Shown: one piece after another, positions 7,458 through 17,352 of the stretch
How the letters are laid out: each line of letters begins with the position of its first letter
Numbering within the stretch: the stretch's first letter is position 1
NCBI GenBank assembly: GCA_039030515.1
Contig: JBCCEA010000013.1
Location: 1-64,000, forward strand
DNA length: 64,000 nucleotides
Direction of reading: 5' to 3'
Origin: Myxococcota bacterium
GTDB taxonomy: Bacteria; Myxococcota_A; Polyangia; Polyangiales; Houyiibacteriaceae
Notes under the pieces: model-generated
Seen by the model: the letters and a program-made list of their open reading frames with translations, nothing else
Told to the model about the DNA's origin: nothing
Database searches by the model: none
Translations under genes and position numbers: made by a program

Positions 7458-10121
7458 TGAGCCTTCAGTGGTAAGGCCATATATAAAAGCTACCGCTGCT
7501 GGTAGGCATTCGGGTTTTGAGCCGCCTGCTTGAGCAAAATCTGGGCGCCCACCGCCGCCTCCACCAACGATGCGTGCTGCCTCTCGAACGAGGTCCCCTG
7601 CTCGCAGCTCTTTTATGACTTCTTTGCTCACTGAGCATGCAAGTAGTGCTTTGGTTCCATCTTTGCTCTTCGAGCCCAAGAGCACGGCGGCAGGAGCCAA
7701 TCGATCGCGTAGATGTTCTGCCATCTCTCGAAGCGCCTTTGCGTCCCCCACATCGACGATCGCTCCCAATCGCTTTACGCCGTCGATGCTTCGCGCCTGC
7801 TTGGTGAGGTCGATCGCATCTCCCTGTACGAGCTGGCGCTTCAGTCGCTCCACTTCGGCAGAAGATTCTCGCGTCTGTTCCATCAGGCGCTGCACGCGCT
7901 CTGGAAGCTTATCTGAAGGGGTCTTCAGTTTGACGGCAACCTGTTCGAGAACCCTTTCGAGTTCACGGCAGCGCTTCACGGTGTTCCATCCGGTTGACGC
8001 TTCGATCCGCCGTACCCCTGCAGCGACTCCGGATTCGCTCAGAATCTTGAAAAGCCCGATGTCTCCCGTGCGAAACGCGTGCGTACCGCCACAGAGCTCG
8101 AGGCTTGGCCCGATGCGGAGCATGCGCACCACAGCCCCATACTTTTCTTCGAAAATTCCCAGCGCGCCTCTGGCCTTGGCTTCGTCGAGAGGCAAGACCT
8201 CTGTGGTCACCGGGGTGTTTGCAAACACGGCCTGATTGACTCGGTCTTCGATTTCTAGAATTTCCTCCTGAGAAAGCGGCCGAGTTCCGCTGTAGTCAAA
8301 TCGCAAACGATTCGGACCCACCAAAGAGCCTTGCTGTGTTGCGGCTGGTCCAAGGGTTTCCCGTAGCGCCCAATGGAGTAAGTGGGTTGCGCTGTGGTTG
8401 CGCCGTGTTGCCATGCGCAGGGACGGATCGACCGACAACGTGACTTTTGCCCCGGTGTCCAATGTGCCCGAGATCACCCTGCCGCGGTGCACGAAGCAGC
8501 CCGATCGGGGCTGCACCGTATCTTCGACCTGGAATTGGGCCCCGTCCATCTGGAGTACGCCGCGGTCTCCTTCTTGACCGCCTTGCTCCGCATAAAAAGG
8601 GGTGGTGTCGACGAGCACCTCGCCTGCTTCTCCTGTGCCCAATCCCGCGACAACGGTCCCCGCGGCCACCAGTGCCAGCACGGTGCCCTCGGCCGACTCG
8701 GATTCGTAACCGACGAACCGTGTACTGCCGAACTGCTCGTGCAGCTGAAAGTACACCTCTGAAACGGACTCATCGCCTACCTTCGAGCCGCGGCTTCGAT
8801 CTCTCTGCGCCTGGAGTTCCAAATCAAATCTAGATTCGTCGATGCTGAATCCCTGCTCCTCTCCCAGTACCCGTTGCAGATCTAGAGGGAATCCAAAGGT
8901 ATCGTAGAGTTTGAAGGCGACGTGTCCGGGCAACACCCTGCGGTCTCCATCGGTTTCCCACGCCTCGTTTTCCTGCAGTAGCGAGAGGCCACGTTTCAGG
9001 GTGCGCCGAAAGAGCTCCTCCTCGTGTTGGGTCGTCGTCGCGATCAGTGCTCTTCGCTCGAGCAGTTCGGGATAGGCCTCGCCCATCAAATCGACCACCA
9101 GTTCCACGCAGTCATGCAGGAAAGGTTGTTGAATCCCAAGTCGGTGCCCGTGTCGAATGGCCCGACGCATGACCCGCCGGAGTACATAGTTGCGATCGTC
9201 GCGATCGGGCGTGATCCCTTCCGCGATGAGAAAGGCCGTCGTTCGTGCGTGATCTGCGATCACACGCATGCTGACGTCGTCAGGAGCACTGCTTTGCCGG
9301 TAGCGCGTTCCGCTAAGTTCCGCTGCGCGATCGACGATAGGGCGAAGCAGGTCCGTATCGTAGTTGGAAAGGATTTCCTGCTTGACCACACAGACACGCT
9401 CGAGCCCCATACCCGTGTCGATAGAAGGAGCCGGCAGATCCAATAGGCGTCCATCTTCCGTGCGTTCGAACTGCATGAAGACGTTATTCCAAAGCTCGAA
9501 CCACCCCCGCCCGTCTTCGCTCTGCTCTAGGTCGAAGAAACTACGCGGATCCGGCTTGTCTATCCCCAGTGCGTAGTGCACCTCAGCACATGGCCCACAA
9601 GGGCCGACCGGCCCCATCTGCCAGAAGTTGTCCTTGGCCCCACATCGGATGATCCGCTCGCTCGAAAATCCGGTGGCGTCTGCCCACAGGGCCGCGGCTT
9701 CCTCATCTGCCGGAAGATCCTTCTCACCCCCGAACACCGTGATCACCATGCGCTCTGGGTCGAGACCCCAAACCTTGGTGAGCAGCTCCCAGGCGTAGTC
9801 GATCGCTTCCCTCTTGAAATAGTCTCCGAGCGAAAAGTTGCCGAGCATTTCAAAAAAGGTGTGGTGCCTAGGAGTCACGCCCACGTTTTCTAGGTCGTTG
9901 TGCTTGCCGCTGATGCGCATGCACTTTTGCGAGCTCGTGGCGCGCACGTAGCTCCGTTTCTCCCGACCGGTGAACGCATCTTTGAAGGGGACCATCCCCG
10001 CGTTGACAAACATCAGCGATGGGTCGTTCAGGGTCAGTAGAGAGGCGGAAGGCACGATCGTATGGTCTCGCGCTGCGAAGAATTCGAGGAACGAAGTGCG
10101 TAGTTCGCTTGCAGATTTCAT
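7443..10121 (-). CDS. alaS: Alanine--tRNA ligase
   Basis: ELRTSFLEFF, FVNAGMVPFK, HHTFFEMLGNFS, IDTGMGLER, editing motifs NHSATHLLH and ELCGGTH, C-terminal GGGGGRPDFAQAGG. Confidence 0.99.
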   Translation of the reverse strand: MKSASELRTSFLEFFAARDHTIVPSASLLTLNDPSLMFVNAGMVPFKDAFTGREKRSYVRATSSQKCMRISGKHNDLENVGVTPRHHTFFEMLGNFSLGDYFKREAIDYAWELLTKVWGLDPERMVITVFGGEKDLPADEEAAALWADATGFSSERIIRCGAKDNFWQMGPVGPCGPCAEVHYALGIDKPDPRSFFDLEQSEDGRGWFELWNNVFMQFERTEDGRLLDLPAPSIDTGMGLERVCVVKQEILSNYDTDLLRPIVDRAAELSGTRYRQSSAPDDVSMRVIADHARTTAFLIAEGITPDRDDRNYVLRRVMRRAIRHGHRLGIQQPFLHDCVELVVDLMGEAYPELLERRALIATTTQHEEELFRRTLKRGLSLLQENEAWETDGDRRVLPGHVAFKLYDTFGFPLDLQRVLGEEQGFSIDESRFDLELQAQRDRSRGSKVGDESVSEVYFQLHEQFGSTRFVGYESESAEGTVLALVAAGTVVAGLGTGEAGEVLVDTTPFYAEQGGQEGDRGVLQMDGAQFQVEDTVQPRSGCFVHRGRVISGTLDTGAKVTLSVDPSLRMATRRNHSATHLLHWALRETLGPAATQQGSLVGPNRLRFDYSGTRPLSQEEILEIEDRVNQAVFANTPVTTEVLPLDEAKARGALGIFEEKYGAVVRMLRIGPSLELCGGTHAFRTGDIGLFKILSESGVAAGVRRIEASTGWNTVKRCRELERVLEQVAVKLKTPSDKLPERVQRLMEQTRESSAEVERLKRQLVQGDAIDLTKQARSIDGVKRLGAIVDVGDAKALREMAEHLRDRLAPAAVLLGSKSKDGTKALLACSVSKEVIKELRAGDLVREAARIVGGGGGGRPDFAQAGGSKPECLPAAVAFIYGLTTEGSATES

Positions 10122-10308
10122 CGCGTTATCCAACAGTTACAGCACACTTCACTCGTGTTGAGCGTGCTTGTTCTGACCGAGCTCCTAGCCCAACGCGATG
10201 ACCTGCGCCAGACCGCACTCCGCCTCTGCCTTGCCGTGTCCTGCGGTACTTGGCGTTTCGATCGAGTCACTGGAGCTTCGCCCCTGAGAGATGCTAAGCG
10301 GAGACTTC

Positions 10309-12021
10309 ATGCTTCGACTACTTCACATCAAGAACTTCGCGATTATCGACCGACTAGAAGTCGAACTCGAAACTGGCTTGAATGTGGTCACCGGTGAAAC
10401 TGGCGCTGGCAAATCTATCTTGGTCGCGGCGCTGCAGCTTGTTCTCGGCGCTAAGGGTCGGTCGGAGGTGGTGCGTACCGGGGAGGATCATGCACTCGTC
10501 GAAGCGCTTTTCGAAATCGGAGAGGACGCAACGCTAAAGACGAAGCTCGCGGACGCAGGGGTAGACTGCGATGACGAGCTCATCGTACGCCGGATCTTGC
10601 GCGAATCTGGCAGAACGCGGGCGTATCTCAATGATCGCCTAAGTGCCGCCGGTCAGCTCGTTGAGCTCGCGCCTGGGCTAGCAGATATCTCTTCTCAGCA
10701 TCAGGCACACACCCTGGTCGATGCCAGTACGCATCTGGGTTATCTCGATGCGTTCGGAGCGGTCGACAAGGAATTAAGCGCGATGCGCCACGCGTACACG
10801 CAACTGTCTCGGGCGACCACCGAGCTTCGGGATTTGCAAGCAGCGGCCCACAATCGCCTCGAGCGGGAGGATTTGCTGCGCTTTCAGCTCATGGAAATCG
10901 ACGAGCTGAAGCCGGTCGAAGGCGAGCTATTGGCGCTCGAGACGGAGCGACAGAAGCTTCGTCATGCAGAGCGATTGGCGACCGCTGCAGCCAGCGCGGA
11001 GGAGGCGCTTTACGCGGCCGATCGCTCCATCTGCGGTACCCTCGGACGCATTGTCAACGAACTGAGCGAGCTGAGTACCTTGGACCCTCAGCTTGAACCA
11101 GTAGTGTCCACGCTGACCGATTCTCAGACTCAGCTGCAGGAAGCCGCCCGCGACCTTGGTAGCTACGCGCGCGAGATCACCTTCGACCCTGCTCGTCTCG
11201 ACACTGTCGAAGAACGTATGGCCCGACTCAAGCGGATGCAGCGTAAATACGGCGGGAGCCTTGGTCAGGTTCTGGCAAAGCGCGAGCAAGCCGCTGAGGA
11301 GCTCGCGTCCCTTGAACACTATGATGCGCGAATTGACGCCGCGCGCGAGGCTCTCGGGCTCGCAGAAAAAAGCGCCAGCGTATGCGCTCAGGCGTTGCGT
11401 ACACGCAGGATGGAGGCTGCCGGCCGGCTGGGGGACGCGATCAGTGTGGAACTCCGCACCCTCGGCATGGGAGATGCGGAAGTTGTGGTGGAGGTTGCCT
11501 CTCAGGATGAGCGCAGAGGTACCGGTCTCGAAATCGAGGGGATGCGCCTAAGCGAGACCGGAACCGATCGCGTCGAGTTTTTGATCGCGCCCAACAAAGG
11601 TGAGAAGGCGCGCCCTTTGCGGAACGTCGCCAGCGGGGGCGAGCTGTCGAGGGCGATGCTCGCCATCAAGCGGGTTTTGGGCAACGTGGGACCCGGAGGC
11701 CTTTACGTCTTCGATGAGGTCGATTCCGGGGTCGGCGGTGCGGTGGCCGAGGTGCTTGGGCGAAAGCTTGCCGAGGTCGCGCGCCATCGACAGGTGCTAT
11801 GCATCACCCACCTGGCGCAGATCGCGGTATACGCTGATGCCCACTTCCGAGTTCACAAAGAGGTCTGCGATGGCAGGACCCGCAGTACGATCGTCCGGCT
11901 GACCGAAGGCGAACGGCAGGAGGAAATTGCGAGAATGCTGGGTGGTGTTACGGTCACCGACCGCACTCGGGCCGCTGCGACAGACATGATGTCGGCAGCA
12001 GAGCAGGCGCGATCCGGGTAA
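10309..12021 (+). CDS. recN: DNA repair protein RecN
   Basis: IKNFAII, Walker A TGETGAGKS, signature ASGGELSR, Walker B FDEVDSGVGG, LCITHLAQIA, EIARMLGG. Confidence 0.98.
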   Translation: MLRLLHIKNFAIIDRLEVELETGLNVVTGETGAGKSILVAALQLVLGAKGRSEVVRTGEDHALVEALFEIGEDATLKTKLADAGVDCDDELIVRRILRESGRTRAYLNDRLSAAGQLVELAPGLADISSQHQAHTLVDASTHLGYLDAFGAVDKELSAMRHAYTQLSRATTELRDLQAAAHNRLEREDLLRFQLMEIDELKPVEGELLALETERQKLRHAERLATAAASAEEALYAADRSICGTLGRIVNELSELSTLDPQLEPVVSTLTDSQTQLQEAARDLGSYAREITFDPARLDTVEERMARLKRMQRKYGGSLGQVLAKREQAAEELASLEHYDARIDAAREALGLAEKSASVCAQALRTRRMEAAGRLGDAISVELRTLGMGDAEVVVEVASQDERRGTGLEIEGMRLSETGTDRVEFLIAPNKGEKARPLRNVASGGELSRAMLAIKRVLGNVGPGGLYVFDEVDSGVGGAVAEVLGRKLAEVARHRQVLCITHLAQIAVYADAHFRVHKEVCDGRTRSTIVRLTEGERQEEIARMLGGVTVTDRTRAAATDMMSAAEQARSG

Positions 12022-12088
12022 AGGAGGCCGGTTCGGACGCCCCGGGTTGGTTCGAGCGGCAACATAGAAATGAAGGAGACTGCTTGCG

Positions 12089-13792
12089 ATGTTTCGGCAT
12101 CTAACCGAACGACCCATCCGACTACCTCGACTCCGGCCGTATGTTCCCAATCCGAATGATCCTGCGATCTTTTGGTTCAACTCAGAGCGCAAAGACATCA
12201 CTCGAGACGTCATCGAGCGGGTGACGACGACTCAAAGTGAAGAAACCTCGAACCTCGAACTCGTGCTGAACGACACCGCACTCCGAGAGATTCGAAGGCT
12301 CGCTCTTCAAAACGATGAACGATCTCGTCAGCCGCTCAGTCGCTATCGCAGGTTGCTCCACCGTATCGCCCGCATGACCGATGAAGAAAAAGTCAAGCTG
12401 CTCCGGGCAGAGACAACCCTCATGGTCGAGGACATCGCGGGAAACTTCGACATGCGCGTCTACCACTTTGTTTGCCAGATCGTGCCCCATCTCCTTCCCA
12501 GTCTGATGAAGCCCTCGCGTGTTCCAACGGCGCTTGGGCGACACGGCACGGAGTCCCTCGATGCCCTTTTAAGCATTGAGGGAGATCTCGAGATTCTTCA
12601 GAAACTCGGTGAGAAGGGTACTCTGGTCTACGTTCCTACCCACTGTTCCAACCTCGACTCGGTTGCCCTCGCCTATGCCCTGCATCGCTCGGGTTTGCCC
12701 CCGGTGGTCTACGGAGCCGGCAAGAATCTATTTAGTAATCCGATACTCAGCTTTTTCATGCACAATCTGGGAGCGTACCGGGTGGATCGACGTATTGAAG
12801 CGTCTCTCTACAAGAACGTGCTCAAGACCTACAGTGGGGTGCTTGTCGAGCGCGGTTATCACTCTTTGTTTTTTCCAGGAGGAACGCGAAGCCGCTCGGG
12901 CGCCGTTGAAAACCGTCTCAAGCTGGGCTTTTTGGGGTCTGCCGTCGAGGCGTTCAGCCGGAATCAGGTGCGAGGGGTCGATCGAAAGGTATTCTTCGTG
13001 CCCACTACCATTAACTACGAACTGGTGCTTGAGGCGGAGACCTTGATCGCAGACTGGCTCACCGAAGAAGGACAAAGTCGCTATATCATTGAAGATGACG
13101 AGTTTTCCCGAGCGGAACGCTGGTTTGCTTTTTTCCGGAAGCTGGCGGACTCGCCGGGAGCTTGCGTCGTCCGTTTTGGAACCCCCATCGATCCCTTCGG
13201 CAATGTGGTTGACGACAGTGGGGCCTCACTGAGCCCGAGCGGAAGCCGTATGAACCCGGGTAGCTATGTGACGAGTCAGGGTCGGCCTCGGATCGATCGA
13301 GATCGTGATGCAGCATACACTCACGATCTCGGCGATGTGTTGGTTCGGACGTACACCAAAGAGACAGTGCTTATGGCCACACATCTGGTGGCCCATACCC
13401 TGTACCGCAAACTGGTGCGTCATACGGAAGGTCTGGACCTCTTTGCTCGCCTCCGCGTTCGGGGAGAGGTGACGATGGCGAGGACTGAAGCCATCGAAGA
13501 ACTCGGGGTGCTGCGTGACGCCCTCAAGAGTTTAGAAGAAGAAGGAGCGCTTCGTTTGAGCGAGTTCGTTCGTGATGAGCCTCCAGCGCACATCCTCGAG
13601 CGCGCCCTGAACCTTCTCCAGGGCTACCATCGATGCCCAGCCGCCGTCGATCTTGGCGCCGAGATATCGGCCGAAGAACCCTCATTGCTCCTCTACTATC
13701 AGAATCGTCTGGCGCCCTTTGCCACCCGGGTGGCTCCACGAAGCTATGCTCGAGCGGCCGAGGTGATCTGTTCGACAGAGATGCGTCGATGA
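12089..13792 (+). CDS. Glycerol-3-phosphate/DHAP acyltransferase family protein (PlsB-like)
   Basis: AAGGAG SD; HxxxxD motif PTHCSNLD; GAGKNL; GAYRVDR; FPGGTRSRSG; VPTTINYE. Confidence 0.88.
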   Translation: MFRHLTERPIRLPRLRPYVPNPNDPAIFWFNSERKDITRDVIERVTTTQSEETSNLELVLNDTALREIRRLALQNDERSRQPLSRYRRLLHRIARMTDEEKVKLLRAETTLMVEDIAGNFDMRVYHFVCQIVPHLLPSLMKPSRVPTALGRHGTESLDALLSIEGDLEILQKLGEKGTLVYVPTHCSNLDSVALAYALHRSGLPPVVYGAGKNLFSNPILSFFMHNLGAYRVDRRIEASLYKNVLKTYSGVLVERGYHSLFFPGGTRSRSGAVENRLKLGFLGSAVEAFSRNQVRGVDRKVFFVPTTINYELVLEAETLIADWLTEEGQSRYIIEDDEFSRAERWFAFFRKLADSPGACVVRFGTPIDPFGNVVDDSGASLSPSGSRMNPGSYVTSQGRPRIDRDRDAAYTHDLGDVLVRTYTKETVLMATHLVAHTLYRKLVRHTEGLDLFARLRVRGEVTMARTEAIEELGVLRDALKSLEEEGALRLSEFVRDEPPAHILERALNLLQGYHRCPAAVDLGAEISAEEPSLLLYYQNRLAPFATRVAPRSYARAAEVICSTEMRR

Positions 13793-14721
13793 GTGTTGCA
13801 GTTCTCGGCGGCGGAGCGTTCGGTCAGGCTCTGGCGAAAGCGGTGGAACGAGGAGCCGGTCCGGTAACGCTTTTCAGTCGCTCGACCCCGACAAATTCGG
13901 GATTTCAAGTCCACTCCATCCATGAATTAGAAAGCGTAAGCCGCTTTGAGCTCATCTTCATCGCTGTGCCCTCTTCATTCGTTTGTCCACTTGCACGAGC
14001 GCTTGGAAGACATCTCGATGGAAGCCATTTCCTAGTGCACGTCAGCCGTGGACTTGTAGGTGAGGAGCTCAGCACACTCACCGAGGTCCTTCGGGCCAAT
14101 ACACCGTGCCGGCGCGTTGGCGTGCTCGCAGGCCCCCTGAGTGCAGAGTCGCTATCCGAGGGGACTCCTTGCGCGGGTGTGGTAGGAACGCGGTTCGTGG
14201 AGGTTGCGGAATCCGTTTCGGCGGCACTTTGTCACGCGTCTATTCGCGTCTACGACACCAGCGATGTGATCGGTGTTGAATTTGCCAGTGCAATGGTGGG
14301 CCTGATGGCCCTGGTTGGCGGGGCGGCACGTGAGTTGCAAACTTCTCCCAGTGCGATTTCGGCGGTCTTGACGCGAGGCATGGCCGAGGCTCAAGAGCTT
14401 GCCAAGGCTCGTGGCGGAAGCCCGGATACGTTTGCAGGCCTTGCGGGTATGGGCGATTTATTGGCAGCAATTCTGGAACACGAGCGGCCTGAGGCACGCC
14501 TAGGCGCTCTGCTGGCTAGCGGAGAGCCTCTGGCCGATGCACTCAAGAAAACCCAAACTCACGTCGAAGCGGTGAACCTCGCTCGCCGCGTTGCGGTATA
14601 CGGACGTCGTTTGGGGATGAAGTGGACGGTCGCCGAGACTGTGGCAGAGACGCTTGACGGTGAAATCTCGCCGAGGGAGTCTGTAGCGCGTATGGTTTCG
14701 GGTAACGCGTCCACGAAGTAG
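13789..14721 (+). CDS. Divergent NAD(P)H-dependent glycerol-3-phosphate dehydrogenase (GpsA) family protein, catalytic residues substituted
   Basis: ATGA overlap with the upstream stop; VAVLGGGAFGQALA, AVPS, LAGP, IRVY..DVIGVE, TRGMAE, TFAGLAGMGDL. Confidence 0.85.
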   Translation: MSVAVLGGGAFGQALAKAVERGAGPVTLFSRSTPTNSGFQVHSIHELESVSRFELIFIAVPSSFVCPLARALGRHLDGSHFLVHVSRGLVGEELSTLTEVLRANTPCRRVGVLAGPLSAESLSEGTPCAGVVGTRFVEVAESVSAALCHASIRVYDTSDVIGVEFASAMVGLMALVGGAARELQTSPSAISAVLTRGMAEAQELAKARGGSPDTFAGLAGMGDLLAAILEHERPEARLGALLASGEPLADALKKTQTHVEAVNLARRVAVYGRRLGMKWTVAETVAETLDGEISPRESVARMVSGNASTK

Positions 14722-14734
14722 GAGAGGAAGACGC

Positions 14735-15886
14735 ATGGCTACCGTATGGAGTTTTCCCACACGCGTTCTCTTTGGTGCCGGTTCCATTGACGAAATTGGT
14801 CCAGAGGCCAAGGCCTTAGGAGCGAAGCATGTCATGATCATATCGGATAAAGGTGTGGTCAACGCAGGCTTGCTGGAGCGGGTACATGCGTCTCTTCAGG
14901 CTGCCGGTTTGGGGTTTGCAGTGTTCGATGAAGTTTCGTCGAATCCGACCGAGCAAGAGGCGTTGAGGGCAGGCCAAGCCTACACCGACTCCCAGTCCGA
15001 TCTCGTCCTTGCCGTCGGCGGCGGAAGTCCGCTGGATGTCGGTAAGCTTGTATGTCTTTTGGCGAATCATTCCGATCCCCTGTCGGAATACGACGAAGCA
15101 AAAGGGGGGGCATCGAAGATCGTGTTAGAGATCCCACCCCTGATCGCGGTACCCACCACTGCAGGAACCGGCAGTGAAGTCGGCAGGAGTGCGGTCGTCA
15201 CCATCGAAGAGACCAACCGTAAGACGGTGGTGCATAGTTCAAGGCTTCTTGCCGACCTTGCGATTCTCGACCCGGAACTCACAGTGAGCATGCCTCCGGT
15301 AACGACCGCTGCGACCGGCTTCGACGCGCTGACGCACTGCATTGAAGCGTACTGCGCCCGAGGAGACCATCCGATGGCCGATGCGATCGCCCTATCGGGT
15401 ATTCAGTTGGCCTCAGAGAATCTCGAGCGAGCCGTCGATCAGGGCTCCGATCTAGCTGCACGAAGTGAAATGATGAAAGCGTCGATGATGGGTGCCGTCG
15501 CGTTCCAAAAGGGACTGGGCGCATGCCATTCCTTGGCGAATCCATTGAGTGCAGAGCTCGGATTGCATCACGGTCTTGCCAACGCCTTGTGTCTTCCGGC
15601 CGTGATGGATTTCAATCGGGGAACCATTCAGGATCGCGTCGCGCACGTCGCGCGCATTCTCGGGGTTAAGGGTGATGATTCTGATACCTTGGCGTTTGAG
15701 TGTGCGGGAGCCATCCGTTTGCTTCGGAGAAAGGTAGGCCTGCCTGACGGCTTGTCTGCGGCGGACGTGGAAGAAGATCAACTGCCTCGACTCGCCAAAC
15801 TCGCCCTTGACGATGCGTGCCACCGAACCAACCCGAGAAACTGTACCGAGGAGGATATGCATGCGCTTTACAAGGCTTCGATGTAG
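14735..15886 (+). CDS. Iron-containing alcohol dehydrogenase family protein
   Basis: GGGSPLDVGK, PTTAGTGSEV, DALTHCIEAY, ACHSL, HHGLANA. Confidence 0.95.
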   Translation: MATVWSFPTRVLFGAGSIDEIGPEAKALGAKHVMIISDKGVVNAGLLERVHASLQAAGLGFAVFDEVSSNPTEQEALRAGQAYTDSQSDLVLAVGGGSPLDVGKLVCLLANHSDPLSEYDEAKGGASKIVLEIPPLIAVPTTAGTGSEVGRSAVVTIEETNRKTVVHSSRLLADLAILDPELTVSMPPVTTAATGFDALTHCIEAYCARGDHPMADAIALSGIQLASENLERAVDQGSDLAARSEMMKASMMGAVAFQKGLGACHSLANPLSAELGLHHGLANALCLPAVMDFNRGTIQDRVAHVARILGVKGDDSDTLAFECAGAIRLLRRKVGLPDGLSAADVEEDQLPRLAKLALDDACHRTNPRNCTEEDMHALYKASM

Positions 15887-15946
15887 CTTTCTCTGTCACT
15901 TCAACAGATCTGGGCCGAACTGCCGGGTACTTGCCGGATTGGTTTG

Positions 15947-16435
15947 ATGGGTACTCGTCGCCGCAAAAGCATCCTACGTCCTATTGGTGATCTACTTTCT
16001 GCGATCTATCCGTCTGAAGAAGAAGCGCGAACCCTGAGCGTATTTGGTTGGTGGCATCGAAAGATGCCGCCGAGGATCGTCAAAAATGCCCGCCCTATTC
16101 GACTGCGCCGGGGCATCTTGATCATCCACACCTCGACGTCGTCCTGGGCGAGTGAACTAGAGTACATGCGGGATCAAATTCTCGTAGGTCTACGTCAGCA
16201 TGACAAACGCCTCGATCTACGTGGGATACGCTTCCGAGTTGGACCTCTCCCTTCGTTGACCAACGCGAACGACCCTCCGCTCCGTAAGTCGAGCGTGACA
16301 ACACCTCTGAGCGATCTTCCTGAGGAACTTGCCCGGATCCTGGCGCGGATTCCTGACGACGATCTGCGATCTGCTATCGCAGACTCTGCCACGATCGGCC
16401 TCGCCCGCTGTCCGAATGTGGACGGCGATGCGTAG
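15947..16435 (+). CDS. DUF721 / DciA-family protein
   Basis: W..IVKNARPIRLRRGILIIHTSTSSWASELEYMRDQIL..IRFRVG pattern typical of DUF721/DciA. Confidence 0.75.
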   Translation: MGTRRRKSILRPIGDLLSAIYPSEEEARTLSVFGWWHRKMPPRIVKNARPIRLRRGILIIHTSTSSWASELEYMRDQILVGLRQHDKRLDLRGIRFRVGPLPSLTNANDPPLRKSSVTTPLSDLPEELARILARIPDDDLRSAIADSATIGLARCPNVDGDA

Positions 16436-16507
16436 CTGCAACAGTCACGTGTAGGCTGCAACAGTCACGTGTAGGCTGCAACAGTCACGTGTAGGCTGCA
16501 ACAGTCA
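16435..16507. repeat. 20-bp tandem repeat GCTGCAACAGTCACGTGTAG, 3 full copies plus 1 partial, between convergent genes
   Basis: Read directly; no spacers between units. Confidence 0.95.
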
Positions 16508-16536
16508 TAAGGAGTGCGCTGCGGCAGTGGGGCGAA

Positions 16537-17352
16537 CTACGATAGCTGGACAGTTGGGTCGACCCCAACGCGGAGTGAACCGATCAGCTTTGCAATCGCT
16601 TTGACGCCGTCTTTCGACGAACGCGCCTCGTGTCCTGCACGGACGATGGCACTTCCGACAACCACACCATCGATGCCTCGCTCCGAAAGAGCACGCGCGT
16701 CTGCAGCATCCTTGACACCGAAACCCACAGCGACGGGTTTGCCGGTGCGTTTTTGGAGCATGGATGCCCGCTCGGCTGCTTGAGAAAGGTCTGCATTTTG
16801 GCTGCCGGTAACTCCCGTGACCGAGACGCAGTAAAGGAACGACGTAGCGATCTTGGTTGCTGCATCGATGCGGGCGTCTGTGCTTGTCGGAGCGACGAGT
16901 GGAACCAGGTCGAGATGCTGATCTACGAGAAAACCTCGCAGAAGTTCGGCCTCTTCTGGCGGCAAATCGACGACCAATACTCCGTCAACGCCTGCTGAGG
17001 CCGCCTCTCGGGCAAGGCGCTCTTCTCCGAAGGCAAGGATGGGGTTGTAGTAGCCAAACAGCATGATCGGGATCGAGGTTCGCTTTCTGATCTCCACCAC
17101 GGCATCGAGTATTTTTTTCACTGTGGTACCCGAGGCCAGTGCCCGTTCACTGGCCTGCTGAATGGCGATGCCGTCGGCTGTGGGATCGCTGAAGGGAATG
17201 CCTAGCTCGACGATATCGGCTCCGGCGTCCCCTGCGGCGACTACCCGATCGATGGTTTGCTCCAAGTCGGGATCACCCGCGCAAAGATAGGTGATCAGTG
17301 CAGCTCTGCCTTCGGAACGAGTGCGTTCGAATACGGATGCAAGTCTTCCCAT
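16537..17352 (-). CDS. trpA: Tryptophan synthase alpha subunit
   Basis: YLCAGDPD, ELGIPFSDPTADG, VDLPPEE, VSVTGVTG, VGFGV, VVVGSAIV; start overlaps the trpB stop (TGATG). Confidence 0.98.
   Translation of the reverse strand: MGRLASVFERTRSEGRAALITYLCAGDPDLEQTIDRVVAAGDAGADIVELGIPFSDPTADGIAIQQASERALASGTTVKKILDAVVEIRKRTSIPIMLFGYYNPILAFGEERLAREAASAGVDGVLVVDLPPEEAELLRGFLVDQHLDLVPLVAPTSTDARIDAATKIATSFLYCVSVTGVTGSQNADLSQAAERASMLQKRTGKPVAVGFGVKDAADARALSERGIDGVVVGSAIVRAGHEARSSKDGVKAIAKLIGSLRVGVDPTVQLS

Noticed and set aside
13633..13788. N-terminal extension of the GpsA-like ORF in the track (likewise the extensions of trpA, trpF, the second cheW, the first cheY and gspL)
   Set aside because: These extensions overlap neighbouring genes or precede the conserved domain; downstream starts fit the family N-termini, and several show stop/start coupling.
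16435..16507. 20-bp repeats as CRISPR or iterons
   Set aside because: Head-to-tail copies without spacers, and no cas or rep gene nearby.
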